From Octopus vulgaris (taxonomy: Eukaryota), in assembly GCA_951406725.2 (NCBI GenBank), contig OX597816.1:43462001-43526000 (forward strand): a stretch of DNA of 64,000 nt. Direction: 5' to 3'. The translations under genes were made by a program, and so were the position numbers. Within the stretch, counting starts at the first letter, position 1. Each line of letters begins with the position of its first letter. Shown here piece after piece: positions 43,206-56,743 of the stretch. Below the pieces are notes generated by a model that worked only from the letters and a program-made list of their open reading frames with translations, ran no database searches and had not been told where the DNA came from.

Positions 43206-43922
43206 ACTCACATACGTACACATACACGAGAGAGATACGAACAAGGTTCGAGGGAGAAGCGACTGAGTATTTGCTAAATAAATTATATAGCAACCAGGAC
43301 AGTGAAAAATATATCGTTTAAAATAAAATAGAAAATGTGTGTACGCTTGTGTGTTGCACGCACGCTTGCGTGTATACATTACGCATAAACGTGCGCGTGC
43401 ACCGTATATATTGCACATTAACCTGTGCCTTAATATTATTATTATTTTTTTTTTTTTCGTATTTCTTTTCTGTCATTTTCCGTTTTAAAACAGATGCCTT
43501 TCTGTTATCCTTGTTTTTAATGCTGATGGTGTTTAAGCACACGTTGGCTGCTATCTTGCAGACAATACATTGTATGTCAGTCAAATGTGTGTGTTTTTAT
43601 TTTATTTTATTTTCATAGATAGGAAGGGTCTCACTTTTAGAGAGAAATTGTTTGCTATTTCTTGCAAGTCGGGTGACTTAGGTAGAAACTTCATCTTTGG
43701 CTGACAGAAACCGTTTTTTCTCTCTCTCTAAAAAAACCCAAAAAAACTCCATATTTTAGTGTAGAAAATAATGTCTTTCGAGTTTGTTTACTTTCAGCCG
43801 TATATTTGTTCCTTTAAAGTCTACCATTTTCTTTTATTCCCTATTTCAAAGTTCTTTCCTCGTTGTACTGTTTTCTTGCTGCAATTATCAAAATTACTTT
43901 CTCGTGTTATTATTATAAACCT

Positions 43923-44790
43923 TGGCAGAATCGTTAGCGCGCTGGACAGAGAAAAAAACAATGCTTAGCGGCATTTCTTCCTGCTTTGCATTTTGAGTTC
44001 AAATTCCGCTGAGGTCGACTTTGCCTTTTATCCTTTCGTGGTCGATAAATTAAGTGCCAATGAAATAGTGGAATCGATTTAATCAACATGCCCTCTCCCC
44101 ACCAAATTCCACGCCTTGTTCCTTTAGAAGAAAGGATTATTATGAAGGTGGCAGAATCGTTAGCATGCCGGACTAAAAGAAATGCTTGGCGGCATTTCTT
44201 CCTGCTTTGCATTTTGAGTTCAAATTCCGCTGAGGTCGACTTTACCTTTTATAATTTCGTGGTCGATAAATTAAGTGCCAATGAAATAGTGGAATCGATT
44301 TAATCAACATGCCCCCTCCCCACCAAATTCCAAGCCTTTTTCCTTTAGTAGAAAGGATTATTATGAAGGTGGCAGAATCGTTAGCATGCCGGACTAAAAG
44401 AAATGCTTGGCGGCATTTCTTCCGGTTTTGCGTTCTAACTTCAAATGCCGCCGAGGTCAAATTCGCCTTTCGTCCTTTCGGCGTCGATAAAAATAAAGGA
44501 ACGGTTGAACACAAAAGGTCGACGTAAACGACAAGCCCCTCCCCACAAAATAGAACTTGTATCAATAGTAGAATGAATTATTTTCGAGCTGGCAGAATCG
44601 TTAAGCACGCCGGAAAAAAATACTTAACAGTAATGTCTTCCGGTGCTTTACGTTCTAAGTTCAAATGCCGCCGAGGTCAACTTACCTTTCATCCTTTCGA
44701 AATCGATAAAATGAAATACCGATAAAGAACTGATCTAACAGACTAACCCCATTCCCCTGAAACTGCCTTGTGCCAAAATCTGAAACCAAT
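43923..44790 (+). mobile_element. Head-to-tail array of four tail-2 SINE family A units
   Basis: ~225 bp units joined at AGAAAGGATTATTATGAAGG; units 1 and 2 share private variants (AAGTGCCAATGAAATAGTGGAATCG). Confidence 0.85.
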
Positions 44791-45148
44791 ACTGTCTTAT
44801 ATTTTATATCACTTTCTCTTTTTGTATACACCCCTTTCCATCAATCTGTTTCTCCCATCGTTATACACACACATCCTCCTAGATACCTTCATACTTCATT
44901 GTCTGTGTCCATTCATCCATATGTATGTATGCATGCATGTTTGTGTATAATTGCGGGTGTGTGTGTAAATTTGTATGCCTGTGTATGTATATGCGTGTAT
45001 CTATATATACCTAATGATCTACTTTTCTCCAAATATACCGATCTATCTGTGATTTTCTACCCACCTACAGATATAAATTTCTCCTTTATTTAAGTTTTTT
45101 TTTTCTCTTTTTTTTTGTTATTCTGTCTCCGCCACATACACACGTATA

Positions 45149-45300
45149 CAGGGTTGGCCAAAAGTCACCCGACAGTAAATCAAAATTCCATAAATACTTA
45201 ATATTCAACTTTATTGAACAATTTTTATTGAACAATTTCCATGATGTTTCATATTTAGATGCTTTTATTAAGCAAAAGAAATCCTGGAATTAAATGGTTT
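45149..45300 (+). mobile_element. Single Tc1-like terminus
   Basis: TA|CAGGGTTGGCCAAAAGTCACCC; no partner TIR seen. Confidence 0.45.
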
Positions 45301-45486
45301 TGATTTACCTTCTATACATACATACATACATACATACATACATACGACTTGTATGTCACCAAGATATTTTGTATACACACAGAGAAGTGAGTGAACAAAC
45401 GAAAGTAGCATGTGATGAGAATAGACGTACGTACTTTATACAACAACGAAACTTTAAGTCATGTACAGCTGAGTCAAACTGTTAAT

Positions 45487-45517
<31 letters not shown>

Positions 45518-45831
45518 CTATCATCTCTATTCCACACCATTAATCCGTTAATTTTCCCTTTTCATGCTGCCATATTATATTTAATCGTCTATAATAATAG
45601 TAATAATAATAACTACAACAACAACAATAATAATAATAATAATAATAATAATAATTATTATTATTATTATTATTTACGTTTTTCTGTTTATTTTGTAACT
45701 TTCATTTATTTTCAGTAACTTTAAACCCTAATTGTTTAATTTTAGAATATATGCGTCTGCGTTGGTATTTTTTCTCTTTTTGTTTTTTATTCAGAATTAT
45801 AACTTTATTCATCAGTCTACAAGCTCAAACA

Positions 45832-45863
<32 letters not shown>

Positions 45864-45864
45864 A

Positions 45865-45896
<32 letters not shown>

Positions 45897-46649
45897 AGAG
45901 AGAATATGTGTTTAGGCCTGGCCGAGTGGTAAAGAAATTTTCTTCGCCATCAATATAATTTCTGGTTCGGTCCCACTGTATCGCTTATTGGACAAGTGTC
46001 TTTTTACCATTGTTCCGAGTCGAGCGAATTCTTGTGAGTGCAAATAGGTTGAGGTGGAAACTATACGGAAGCCCGCTGGATGGATTGTACCTGTGTTTCA
46101 AAGATTGTACCTGTATGTCACTCGCTGTGTCACTCCGATTGTTTTTTTTTTGTTTTTGTTTTTGTTCTCCACCCCCACCCCGAGGATCGCCTTAAGGTTA
46201 TATAACACACATGTAAGAAATACTCAACTATTTACTTACATGCTTTTCGAATGAGTTTAATTATTCATTCCGTTCATTGAACAGTTGGTGTAATTAACTT
46301 CGGAATAGATTGGAGTGGTCTGCTGTGGGATCGAACTTGCGAATGTGGTTGATATACGAACTTGTTAGTCACACGCCTGCAAATGCGTCTGTATACATAT
46401 GATTTTTTTTTTACAACAGTTATTTATAGTTTCCATTTTATTGCGTCTGTTGGTATCGCTATTCTTTTTTTAATTAACTTATATATTCTTAACAGCCTGT
46501 GATTTTGTTTAAATCTGTTTATCGTGTCTTTTGAAATACTGTTCTATGCCGTAAGCCATTTTACCCTCGTAGCCTGAAAACTCGAACCGCCTTGAGTAAG
46601 ATCTGCCTTCTGGTTATTACAGAGGTCTATTATCTATTTATACGTTTTT

Positions 46650-46689
<40 letters not shown>

Positions 46690-46940
46690 GCATATTTGCC
46701 ATTTGAATATGGCTAACCCCTAAGGGTGGATGCTACTGTAGTTTGTAGCCCCAGGAAGATATCTCCTCCAGCTGGCTATAGACACACTATCTGTGTCCTC
46801 TCAGTTTTTGTGAAGGGGAGTCATCCTCCCCGTCTTCAACTCATGATACACACGGACTCGAGTTTCAAGGTGTTTACCTTTCATCAGCGTGTGACAATCA
46901 TGGTTGTCGACGACAAGTCAGCTCCCTTCACAAATACATA
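46690..46940 (-). mobile_element. ~250 bp structured hammerhead-bearing element near (TA)n tracts (Penelope pLTR or retrozyme-like)
   Basis: Contains the ribozyme below plus further hairpins (GACACA..TGTGTC; TTTGCCATTTGAATATGGC). Confidence 0.55.
46849..46893 (-). ncRNA. Type I hammerhead ribozyme with intact catalytic core
   Basis: Minus strand reads CACACG-CUGAUGA-AAGGU-AAAC-ACCUU-GAAA-CUCGAG-UC-CGUGUG: 6-bp stem I, 5-bp stem II, palindromic stem III and a GUC cleavage triplet. Confidence 0.85.
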
Positions 46941-46954
46941 TACTTTTTCCAGTG

Positions 46955-47006
<52 letters not shown>

Positions 47007-47144
47007 CACGATCGTACAAACATACATATATGCGTACGTATAATATGCATGTATATATGTGTGTGTGTATGCGTTATTTTAATGCTTTCAGTCTTTCGAT
47101 TAACTGCTATTCAAGGGTTTTTAGTTGAGTACAACGAAAATCTC

Positions 47145-47418
47145 TTGTGGGAGGCGCGTGGCTTAGTGGTTAGGGTGTCAGCATCATGATCGTAAGATTG
47201 TGTGGTTTCGATTCCTGGACCGGGCGACACGTTGTGTTCTTGAGCAAAACACTTCATTTCACGCTGCTCCAGTCCACCCAGCTGGCAAAAATGAGTAACA
47301 CTGCGATGGACTGGCGTCCCGCCCAGCTGGGGAACACGTTACGCCATTGAAACCGGGAAGCCGAGTACATGAGCCTGGCTAGGCTTTAAAAAAAGGGCGC
47401 ATTTATTTTATTTTATTT
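47145..47418 (+). mobile_element. tRNA-derived CORE-like SINE with (TTTTA)n tail and TSD
   Basis: TGGCTTAGTGG A-box, GGTTTCGATTCC B-box, TGTGTTCTTGAGCAAAACACTT core and GCGATGGACTGGCGTCCC module; TACAACGAAA at 47130 and 47419. Older copy at about 11130-11320. Confidence 0.85.
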
Positions 47419-48303
47419 TACAACGAAATCCTCAGTACTTGTTAATTTCATGTGTGTATTTTGATCGCTATTTATCGAATGCCTAAGTTATCCTGTTGGC
47501 AACACAGAGGTGCCACTTGACCCTCTAGTGCACAACGGCATATCACCCTCTCCTCCGCATCCATTTTCGTTTACACGAAATTCGAGTCACAGAGCATATA
47601 ATAATAAGCCGAGGCTACTACAGAAAGTGGACACATACTCCAGGTTCTTCTGCGCGGTGACATCGAACACGGAACCACGTGGCTATTAAGCAAATATCTT
47701 AGCTACACGCTCGTATATGCGGTTGGTAAACATGTGATATTTTACTTATATATATAGCTTTCACGAAATAACTCCTTTATTTCCCCTCTTTATTATTATT
47801 ACTATTATTATTTTTCTATTTTTACCCAATACTTTTTTTGTTCTTGTTTATTCTTAAAACAGTCTTGATTGAAATGACTAAATATATATCATATTAAATG
47901 TTATACTATCTTTTTAAGACAGTAGAGTATGATGTATTTTTTAAAGCGCAATCTTTGACTGCTATTTCTAGCGAAACGTGTAAGCAGGTACACCACCTCA
48001 TCGGTCGCTTGCAAAGAATGTTTATATTCATTTTGTTTTATTTTTCGCAATCGTTTGTTTATTTCCCGTTTCACTTGGATCTTTTTACTTCTATTATAAC
48101 TACTAGTAATCATACCTTTGACATACGTTTACCTTTATTATATATGAACAATATGTTTAAACGAGCTATTATGCATTTTTACTCAGAGTGTATATCCACA
48201 ATTACATTTTAATCGCAAAGAGTTGTGTGTGTGTGTGTGTATACACACAAGCCTGCCTTAAGTAAACAGTATGTGTATGTATATATATACGTTTATATAT
48301 ATT

Positions 48304-48350
<47 letters not shown>

Positions 48351-48549
48351 ATATATATATATATATATATAAATAGAGAGAGAGAGAGAGGAAGAAAACA
48401 GTGACACATGTACAAACGGACACACACACGTATGTCTCTATGTATGTGTTTATGTACTATATATATACATACACACACACACATAGATACATATATACAC
48501 GAATTCACACATGCACACAAACTACACACGTATAAGCTTTTATGTGTAC

Positions 48550-48619
<70 letters not shown>

Positions 48620-48988
48620 ATGTGTGTATGTGCGTGTGTTTGCCGGCAAAGCCTTTCTCGCTAGTCTTAGTTGTTGCTTTTTTTCTTTTTTGTTGTTGTA
48701 GTTCATCTTCATGTTTATAGTTTATTTTCTGTTTAAGTTTGTGCATTTGTTTACTATAAAGAAACCTAACAGTTAAACAAGATAACTCTATTCGTGATGT
48801 AAGGGAAACCTATCTGAATAGATAAAAAAAAAAAAAAAAAAGCCAGACACCTAAACACAGCCGCATTAATCGGATATAGACTGTCTGATAAAGAGATTTA
48901 TACAAATAAAATGGAAATTTTGTACGGAATGTAAGAGATTGTTGTGTGCGTCTGTGTGTGTATCCATGTGTGTGTTTGTGTGTCTGTG

Positions 48989-49019
<31 letters not shown>

Positions 49020-49221
49020 GTATATATATATATATACACTCGCACAAACACACGGGCACGGCTATATATATATATATAGAAACATCTCTATATACATATG
49101 TACACACACACGCACACACACACACATATATATATATGCATATATATATATATATATATATACATACATACACAGATGTATATATGTACACACACATATG
49201 AATATATATATGCACAAACAC

Positions 49222-49253
<32 letters not shown>

Positions 49254-49574
49254 TATGTAATATATATAATATATATCATATGTATAACTATACGTGTGTA
49301 TACTTTATGTACATGCGTGTGCTGCATAACTCTGGTGGGAGTTGCAATTAAGCGAAATATGGTAATCAGTATGGTGAAACAGAAATAATACATACAAACA
49401 GATATATATAAGTATATATATAAGTATATATATATATATATATATGATATGTATATATATATGTATATGTATGAGTATAATATATATATATGTATATATA
49501 CATATGTATGTGTATAATAGCCCCTTGTGGGTAGTAAAGAAATATATATATGTATGAGTATATACGTATATATA

Positions 49575-49605
<31 letters not shown>

Positions 49606-50076
49606 GTATGTGTATATATGTATGTGTATATATGTAGATATATGTATGCATAATGTATATTTCTATGTATATATATATGTATGCATGTATGTATATGTAT
49701 GTATGTATATGCATGTATATATATATATATATACATATATACACATACACACACACTTTTGAGATGTGTTCATAATAAGGTATTTTTTCTTGTAAACAAA
49801 ATGTTTGTGTACATGGTTATTCGGCTCTTCAGCCATGTGTGTGTCTACTTGCACATGCTAATCGCATCTGTGTCGCATCTGTATGTATCGGTACATATAA
49901 ACACGTAGTGAGTTACAACGAACTTAGAGAGGAAACAAAACCGGTTAAAGGAAGCTTGCACCATCAACCAGTGTTACCCGCTATATACATAGGTGACGTG
50001 TTTCTCAGGTGTTGCTGCACGTCATGCTTGAGAATCATAAAATATTTCTTTTCCCTCAATCGGTAAATCCACGACG

Positions 50077-50466
50077 AGTGGAGGCGCAATGGCCCAGTGG
50101 TTAGAGCAGCGGACTCGCGGTCATAGGATCGCGGTTTCGATTCCCAGACCGGGCGTTGTGAGTGTTTATTGAGCGAAAACACCTAAAAGCTCCACGAGTC
50201 TCCGGCAGGGGATGGTGGTGATCCCTGCTGTACTCTTTCACCACAACTTTCTCTCACTCTTACTTCCTGTTTCTGTTGTACCTGTATTTCAAGGGGCCGG
50301 CCTTGTCACTCTCTGTGTCACGCTGAATATCCCCGAGAACTACGTTAAGGGTGCACGTGTCTGTGGAGTGCTCAGCCACTTACACATTAATTTCACGAGC
50401 AGGCTGTTCCGTTGATTCGGATCAACCGGAACCCTCATCGTCGTAACCGACGGAGTGCTTCCATCC
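50077..50466 (+). mobile_element. Young tRNA-derived SINE (family C) with 12-bp TSD
   Basis: TGGCCCAGTGG A-box and GGTTTCGATTCC B-box; AAATCCACGACG at 50065-50076 and 50467-50478. Confidence 0.9.
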
Positions 50467-50563
50467 AAATCCACGACGTTTCGATAGTGTTTTTAAATCT
50501 TGCGCATGATTACATCTATTTTAAAATACTTTTACTTAGGCACATTATACAGTAATAGGCACC

Positions 50564-50984
50564 GGCGATCTTTCGTCTCTAGTAGACCTTTCCGTCGATT
50601 TCCGTAAAAAAATTTTTTTTTTTTACATATGGGCTTGCGGGAACTTTTGAAGTAATATATACACATACACCGAGTAAAAAATTTCAGTTATCTCTTTCTT
50701 TCACGCATTACTCTGTCTCTTCACACACACTAACAGAAGCACTTCACTTACACAACATACTGTCTGTCTCCCACACCCCATCAAACACACACACGCACAC
50801 ACACACACATGTACATCATTGCTTGCCATGCACGGTAACTTCAAAAGAACTTCCCTCGTCATAAAATGGCTTTCTCTTAGTCTCTTTCGCTCTCATTACT
50901 TCAAAAGTTCCCGCAAGCCCATATGTAAAAAAAAAAATTTTTACGGAAATCGACGGAAAGGTCTACTAGAGACGAAAGATTGCC
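50564..50984. mobile_element. Merlin-like MITE with ~90-bp TIRs and 8-bp TSD
   Basis: TIRs at 50564-50656 and 50895-50984 start GGC(G/A)ATC; TSD TAGGCACC at 50556-50563 and 50985-50992. Confidence 0.8.
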
Positions 50985-51215
50985 TAGGCACCCACTCTCT
51001 CTCTCTTAGTTTACCTCTCTCAGTCTGTTTCTCTCTCTCACACACACACACACACAGATTCGCACTTACACGCTTTCACGCACACATACATCGAAGCTGT
51101 ATTTCACTTCATCGTTACTGATATTCTATTCATGTACGGAACTTACAGAGCGGAAAGCAAATATTTCACACTATATGGAAACTTGGCCGCGCGTATCGAG
51201 ATCCATAGGCTAGCT

Positions 51216-51404
51216 CAGAGCTCCGCAACCTGTATGCCGCGGCACACTCGAGTGCCATGAGACGATGCTAGGTGTGCCGCAGTGTAACATGAATATAAAT
51301 TTTTCCCCCCTTATAATCTTAGTTATATTTTTCGTTCAGGTGTGTCTCCCAATATTCAAACGAATATAAGTGTACCGCAAGTGTAAAAGGGTTGAGAAGC
51401 ACTG
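51216..51404. mobile_element. hAT (Charlie/Buster-type) MITE
   Basis: Ends CAGAGCTCCGCAACC and GGTTGAGAAGCACTG; the 8-bp flanks GGCTAGCT / AGCTAGCT have a central TA. Confidence 0.7.
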
Positions 51405-51750
51405 AGCTAGCTTAGTTTCAGTACACTTCCATGATTATTTTCATTTGTGTTTGTTACCCCTCCGCCATACACACACACACCGCTTGACAACCGGTGCTGG
51501 TTTGTTTACGTTCCTGTAATTTACCAGTTCAGTACGATAGCTCAAGTAACAGGCTGATAAATATCTGGCTGCAGACAAATGTCTTTAAAACAAGTAAAAG
51601 ATTAAAGATTAACATGTATGAATATTTACTTACATATGAAAATCAAAATAATGATCATGAAGACTAAATATATAATGCATGTGTTTAATTGGCAAAATAC
51701 GACCATCCCCAAGTATAACAATATCTGTTTCAACACACGATCAGAAATCT

Positions 51751-51879
51751 TGGCTGTGTGATAAGTAGCTTGCTTACGAACCACATGGTTCCGAGTTCAG
51801 TGTCTTCTACTATAGCCTCGGGCCGACCAAAGCCTTGTGAGTGGATTTGGTAGACGGAAACTGAAAGATACCCGTCGTA

Positions 51880-51912
<33 letters not shown>

Positions 51913-52121
51913 GTTTGTGTGTTTGTGTTTATCCTCCCAACATCGCTTGACAACTGATGCTGATGTGTTTACGTCCCCGTAACTTAGCGGTTCGCAAAAG
52001 AGACTGGTAGAATAAGTATTAGGCTTACAAAGAATAAATTGTGGGGTGGATTTGCTCGACTAAAGGTGGTGCTACAGCATAGCCGCAGTCAAATGACTGA
52101 GACAAGTAAAAGAGTAAAAGA
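51751..52121 (+). mobile_element. SINE family B copy
   Basis: Consensus match with a small deletion in the head. Confidence 0.85.
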
Positions 52122-52357
52122 ATATGTATGTATGTGTGTGTGTGTGTACAAATTACATACTCTTAAGGAAATAAAGTTCTTACCGCAGCAGCAAAGTATA
52201 AATAAATGAACTTGAAAATGCACTTGGAATCTTTAGGGAGATTTTTTTCTATATATTGATTTGACTGTTTTCACAATTTCAAAAGTAGTGTGACCTGGAG
52301 CTACCTATCCTATACTCTTTCGCCTTTGACCGCAAATTTGAAAACTGTGTGTGTATG

Positions 52358-52408
<51 letters not shown>

Positions 52409-52877
52409 CTACGTAAGCACTTTCGTAAAACACATGCGCATGCATTGGCCCCATTCCCCATCCTCTTCCTTCATCATTGCAAATAATATTCGTTTGGTTG
52501 AGATTGTCCATGCCGCTCGCTAAGAGAATATTCTTCATTTCCGAAGTAGAAAGTAAAGAGTGTACTAATTCTTTAGGCGCCAACAGCAATTAAGGGATAT
52601 CTGCAGGGGGTGCAACAACGTTTATTAGCCAAGAATGTCGCCAAAGCAAATTCTGAAGATCCAGTTTTCGATGAAACGACTATGATGCTGGTGTCTGTAG
52701 TAGTAGTAGTAGTAGTAGTAGTACTTGAAGTCGTGGCGATAATAGTAGCAGTAATTGAACTAATAATAATAATAATAATGATAATAATAATAATAATGAT
52801 AATAATAATAATAATGATAATGATAATAATAATAATGATAATAATAATAATGGTGATGATGACAATAATGATAATAG

Positions 52878-55280
52878 TTTCAAATGTTGGCACAAGGCCA
52901 GCAGTTTCGGGGGTAGCCAATTTTATCGAACCCAGTACAAGACCGGCACTTATTTTATCGATCTCGAGAAGATGGAAGGCAAAATCGACCTCGGCGGAAT
53001 TTGAACTCAGAACATAAAACGCTTAATTATTTTTCTTAAAGTGAAATAATTACATGAAAATAGAGTGAAGACTTCTCCGAATGAGATCCTAGATTAATTG
53101 CACACAGGGAAAAGATAGCCTTCGTAACAGTATTAGGCAAAGCAATATGCGCCCCCTAGAGTCGCGGGGCCTCTGAGCAACTGTCCACTATGCATTTGCT
53201 TTAAAATGTCGCTTCGAAGATCATGGTTAGAACTCCTTTGACCATGTGGTCACTCTTCCAGCACAGATGTGGAAGTGGGGTGGTGATTATCAACAAACAA
53301 AACGGTGAGCTGGCAGAAACGTTAGAACGCCGGGCGAAATGCTTAGCGGCATTTCGTATGTCTTGACGTTCTGAGTTCAAACTCCACCGAGGTAGACTTC
53401 GCCTTTCATCCTTTCGGGATCGATAAATTAAGTACCACTTGCGTACTGGGGTGAATCTAATCTTCTGGGCCCCCTTCCCAAAAATTTCGGGCCCTGTGCC
53501 TAGAGTAGAAAAGAATAATTATTACATCATCAGTAACTAGAGCAGTAAACAAATAGCGAATCAATATGAATGAAATAAGGCACCTAGCTAAGAAGCTTCC
53601 TTGAAATAATAATGTTTCAAATTTTGGCACAAAGTCAGTAATGTTGAGTTCGAAGGTTAGGCGTCACCATCGACCCTGCAAGATAAACGGAAAGTTGACC
53701 TCGGCGGTGTTTGAACTCAGAACATATAGAATCGAGAAAAATTGTTGGTAACTGTTTTGTTTGACGCTTAAAGGATTCTGACAGGTCGATTCATTAATAC
53801 TAATAATAATGGTTTCATCTTTTGGATCAAGGCCAGCAGTTTGAGATGGGGGCAAATCGATTACATCGACGCCACTGCTTAAGTGGTACTTACTTGAATG
53901 ACCCCGAAAGGATGAAAAGCAAAGGATAAAATGCAAAGTCAAACGGAATGTAAAACTAGAATAAATGTCGCTAAACTTTCTGTCCGACGCGATAATGATT
54001 CTGTCAGTTTGCCGTCATAATGATACAAACAACAACAACAATAATAATAATGACCCCAGTGTTTCACTGGTACTTAAATTATCGACCCTGAAATGGTGAA
54101 AGGCAAAGTTGTCCTCGGCGGAATTTGAACACAGAATGTAAAGACGGACGAAATGCCGCTAAGCATTTTCCCCCGGCATGCTAACGATTCTGCCAGCTCG
54201 CCAGTTTAACAATTTTAGTAATAATAATGAAAATAATAATAATTGATTCAAATTTTAGTACAAAGCGCAGGAGTTGCTGTGCGGTAAGTAGCTTGCTTAC
54301 CAACCACTTAGTTCCGGGTATATGTTTGTGGTCTGTGTTTCTCCCCCCCCCAACATCGCTTGACAACCGATGTTGGTGTGTTTACGGCAAAAGAGAACGA
54401 TAGAATAAGTACTAGGCTTCCAAAGAATAAGTCCTGGGGTCGATTTGCTCGACTAAAGGTGGTGCTCCAGCATGGCCGCAGGCAAATGCCCGAAACTAGT
54501 AAAAGAGAAAGAGAAAGCCAGCAGCTTCGCGAGAAGGGAGAATTTAAGTCGATTACATTAATCCCAGTTTTTTAAATTGGTACATAATTTTATCGACCCC
54601 GAAAGAATGAAAGGCAAATTCGACCTCGGCGGAATTTGAGCACGGAACGTATAGACGAACGAAGTACCACTGAGTATATATCTCTTTATTGCCCACAAGG
54701 GGCTAAACATAGAGGGGACAAACAAGAACAAAGGGATTAAGTCGATTACATCGACCCCAGTGCGAAACTGGTACTTTATTTATCGACCCCGAAAGGATGA
54801 AAGGTAAAGTCGACCTCGGCGGAATTTGAACACGGAACGTTTAGACGAACGAAGTACCACTAAGTATATATTTCTTTATTGCCCACACGGGGCTAAAAAT
54901 AGAGGGGACAAACAAGAACAAAGGGATTAAGTCGATTACATCGACCCCAGTGCGAAACTGGTACTTTATTTATCGACCCCGAAAGGATGAAAGGCAAAGT
55001 CGACCTCGGCGGAACTTGAACCCAGAACGTAGCGGCAGCCGAAATAACTATTTCTTTATTACCTACAAGGGGCTAAACATAGAGGGGACAAACAAGGACA
55101 GATATAGGTATTAAGTCGATTACATCGACCCCAGTGCGTAACTGGTACTTATTTAATCGACCCCGAAAGGATGAAAGGCAAAGTCGACCTCGGCGAAATT
55201 TGAACTCAGAACGTAACGGCAGACGAAATACGGCTACGCATTTCGCCCTGCGCGCTAACGTTTCTGCCAGCTCGCCGCCC
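52878..55280. mobile_element. Cluster of SINE family A copies (mostly minus strand, multimer at 54520-55280) plus a B copy at 54265-54512
   Basis: Repeated TCGACCCCGAAAGGATGAAAGGCAAAGTCGACCTCGGCGG; one + copy at 53303-53515. Confidence 0.88.
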
Positions 55281-56694
55281 TCTTAGTATATTCCCCCAGC
55301 GTGCTAACGATTTTATCAAGCTTATTAGGATAATAACGATAATTATAAAATGATAACTATTGAAAATGAGTATTGGAATTATGATTATTGCCAGATAATT
55401 TTCAATAGACTTCTACAAAAATTTAAGATAGCGGCTTGCACCTGTTTTGTTATGCTTGTTAAATTTAATTTCAATTCATTTGCAGCTGTTGTAACTGCCT
55501 TTGATGTAATGTAAAATCAGTGCCGCATTTGATTGTGTCTATCTTATTTATTCATTTATAGATACAAGCATGTCTGTGTGGTTCTTATTATGTTCGCTTC
55601 ATAGCAATGTCGTTTCGGGTTCGTTCCCAAGTTGTATCTAGAGTAATTCGTTGTTTTTATTTATCAATTGTTGTATACTGTTGTATACACGCTTCCTGTC
55701 CTGTGTATATAAGGACACAGGAAAAATGTGTCAAAGCCACCAGGAAGCGTCGATGCTTCCTAGGGCTAAACAGCGGTGGTGTAACCCCCTACTGTCACGT
55801 TCACGTTAGACTGACAGTATACAACCATTCTATCGCCCCACCACCGTACATATCTCTATGAGAGATTTAGAAATTTAATATTTCTGATATTTATTAATTA
55901 TTTTTTTTTTACCGTATCTCTGTGCTGATTAATATTTTGTGAGTGAATTTGGTAGACGCAAAGCATTCTGAAGCCCGTCGTGTGTGTGTGTGTGTGTGTG
56001 TGTAAGGTTTGGCTTACGTCCGTATTTTCTAAGACGTGTGTGTCAGAATTTGAGAAAATTCTCCAAAGGTCCGGAATTTCAGCTTCCCTTAGTTAAAAAC
56101 CTATAATATATGGGTCAGTAGTTAGAGCATCGACATCACAATTATGAGGTAGTGAGTTCGAATCCCGGACTGAGCTGTGTTCTTGGGCAAGGCACTTTAT
56201 TTACGTTGCTCCAGTTCACTCAGTTGTAGAAATGAGTTGCGACATCACTCGTGCCAAGTTGTATCGGCCTTTGCCATTTCCGTTGGATAACATCGGTGAC
56301 ATAGAGAGGGGAGACGGGTATGCATGGGCGACTGTTGGTCTTCCTTAAACAACCTTGTCGGGACTTGTGCCTGAGTAGGTTGCGGTTAAGTTTCTAGGTG
56401 CAATTTCATGGTCATTCGTGACCGAAGTGGGTCTTCAATATATGAGCAAAACATTTCATTTCAGGTTGCACCAGTCCACTCAGCTGCAAATGAGTAACCC
56501 TACGATACGATAGAGTAGCCTTCTTATCAGGGGGAATGTTGGCCTGGTCGCCTGGCCAGCAGGGTGGCATCATTGGACAGCAAGAACGATGCGACATGCA
56601 TTGTGACCAGCAATGTATAACAACATCCCCTACTCAATACCATCATATATATATATAAAAGATTGGATCACTTTTAACTCCCGCTGTCGGTTGG

Positions 56695-56742
<48 letters not shown>

Positions 56743-56743
<1 letters not shown>

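Noticed and set aside
47577-47597. GAAATTCGAGTC resembling the 3' half of the ribozyme
   Set aside because: No upstream CUGANGA or matching stem I.
50080-50155. tRNA gene
   Set aside because: It has A/B boxes but no complete cloverleaf, and it continues into a TSD-flanked SINE body. The same applies to the heads at 47150 and 14075.
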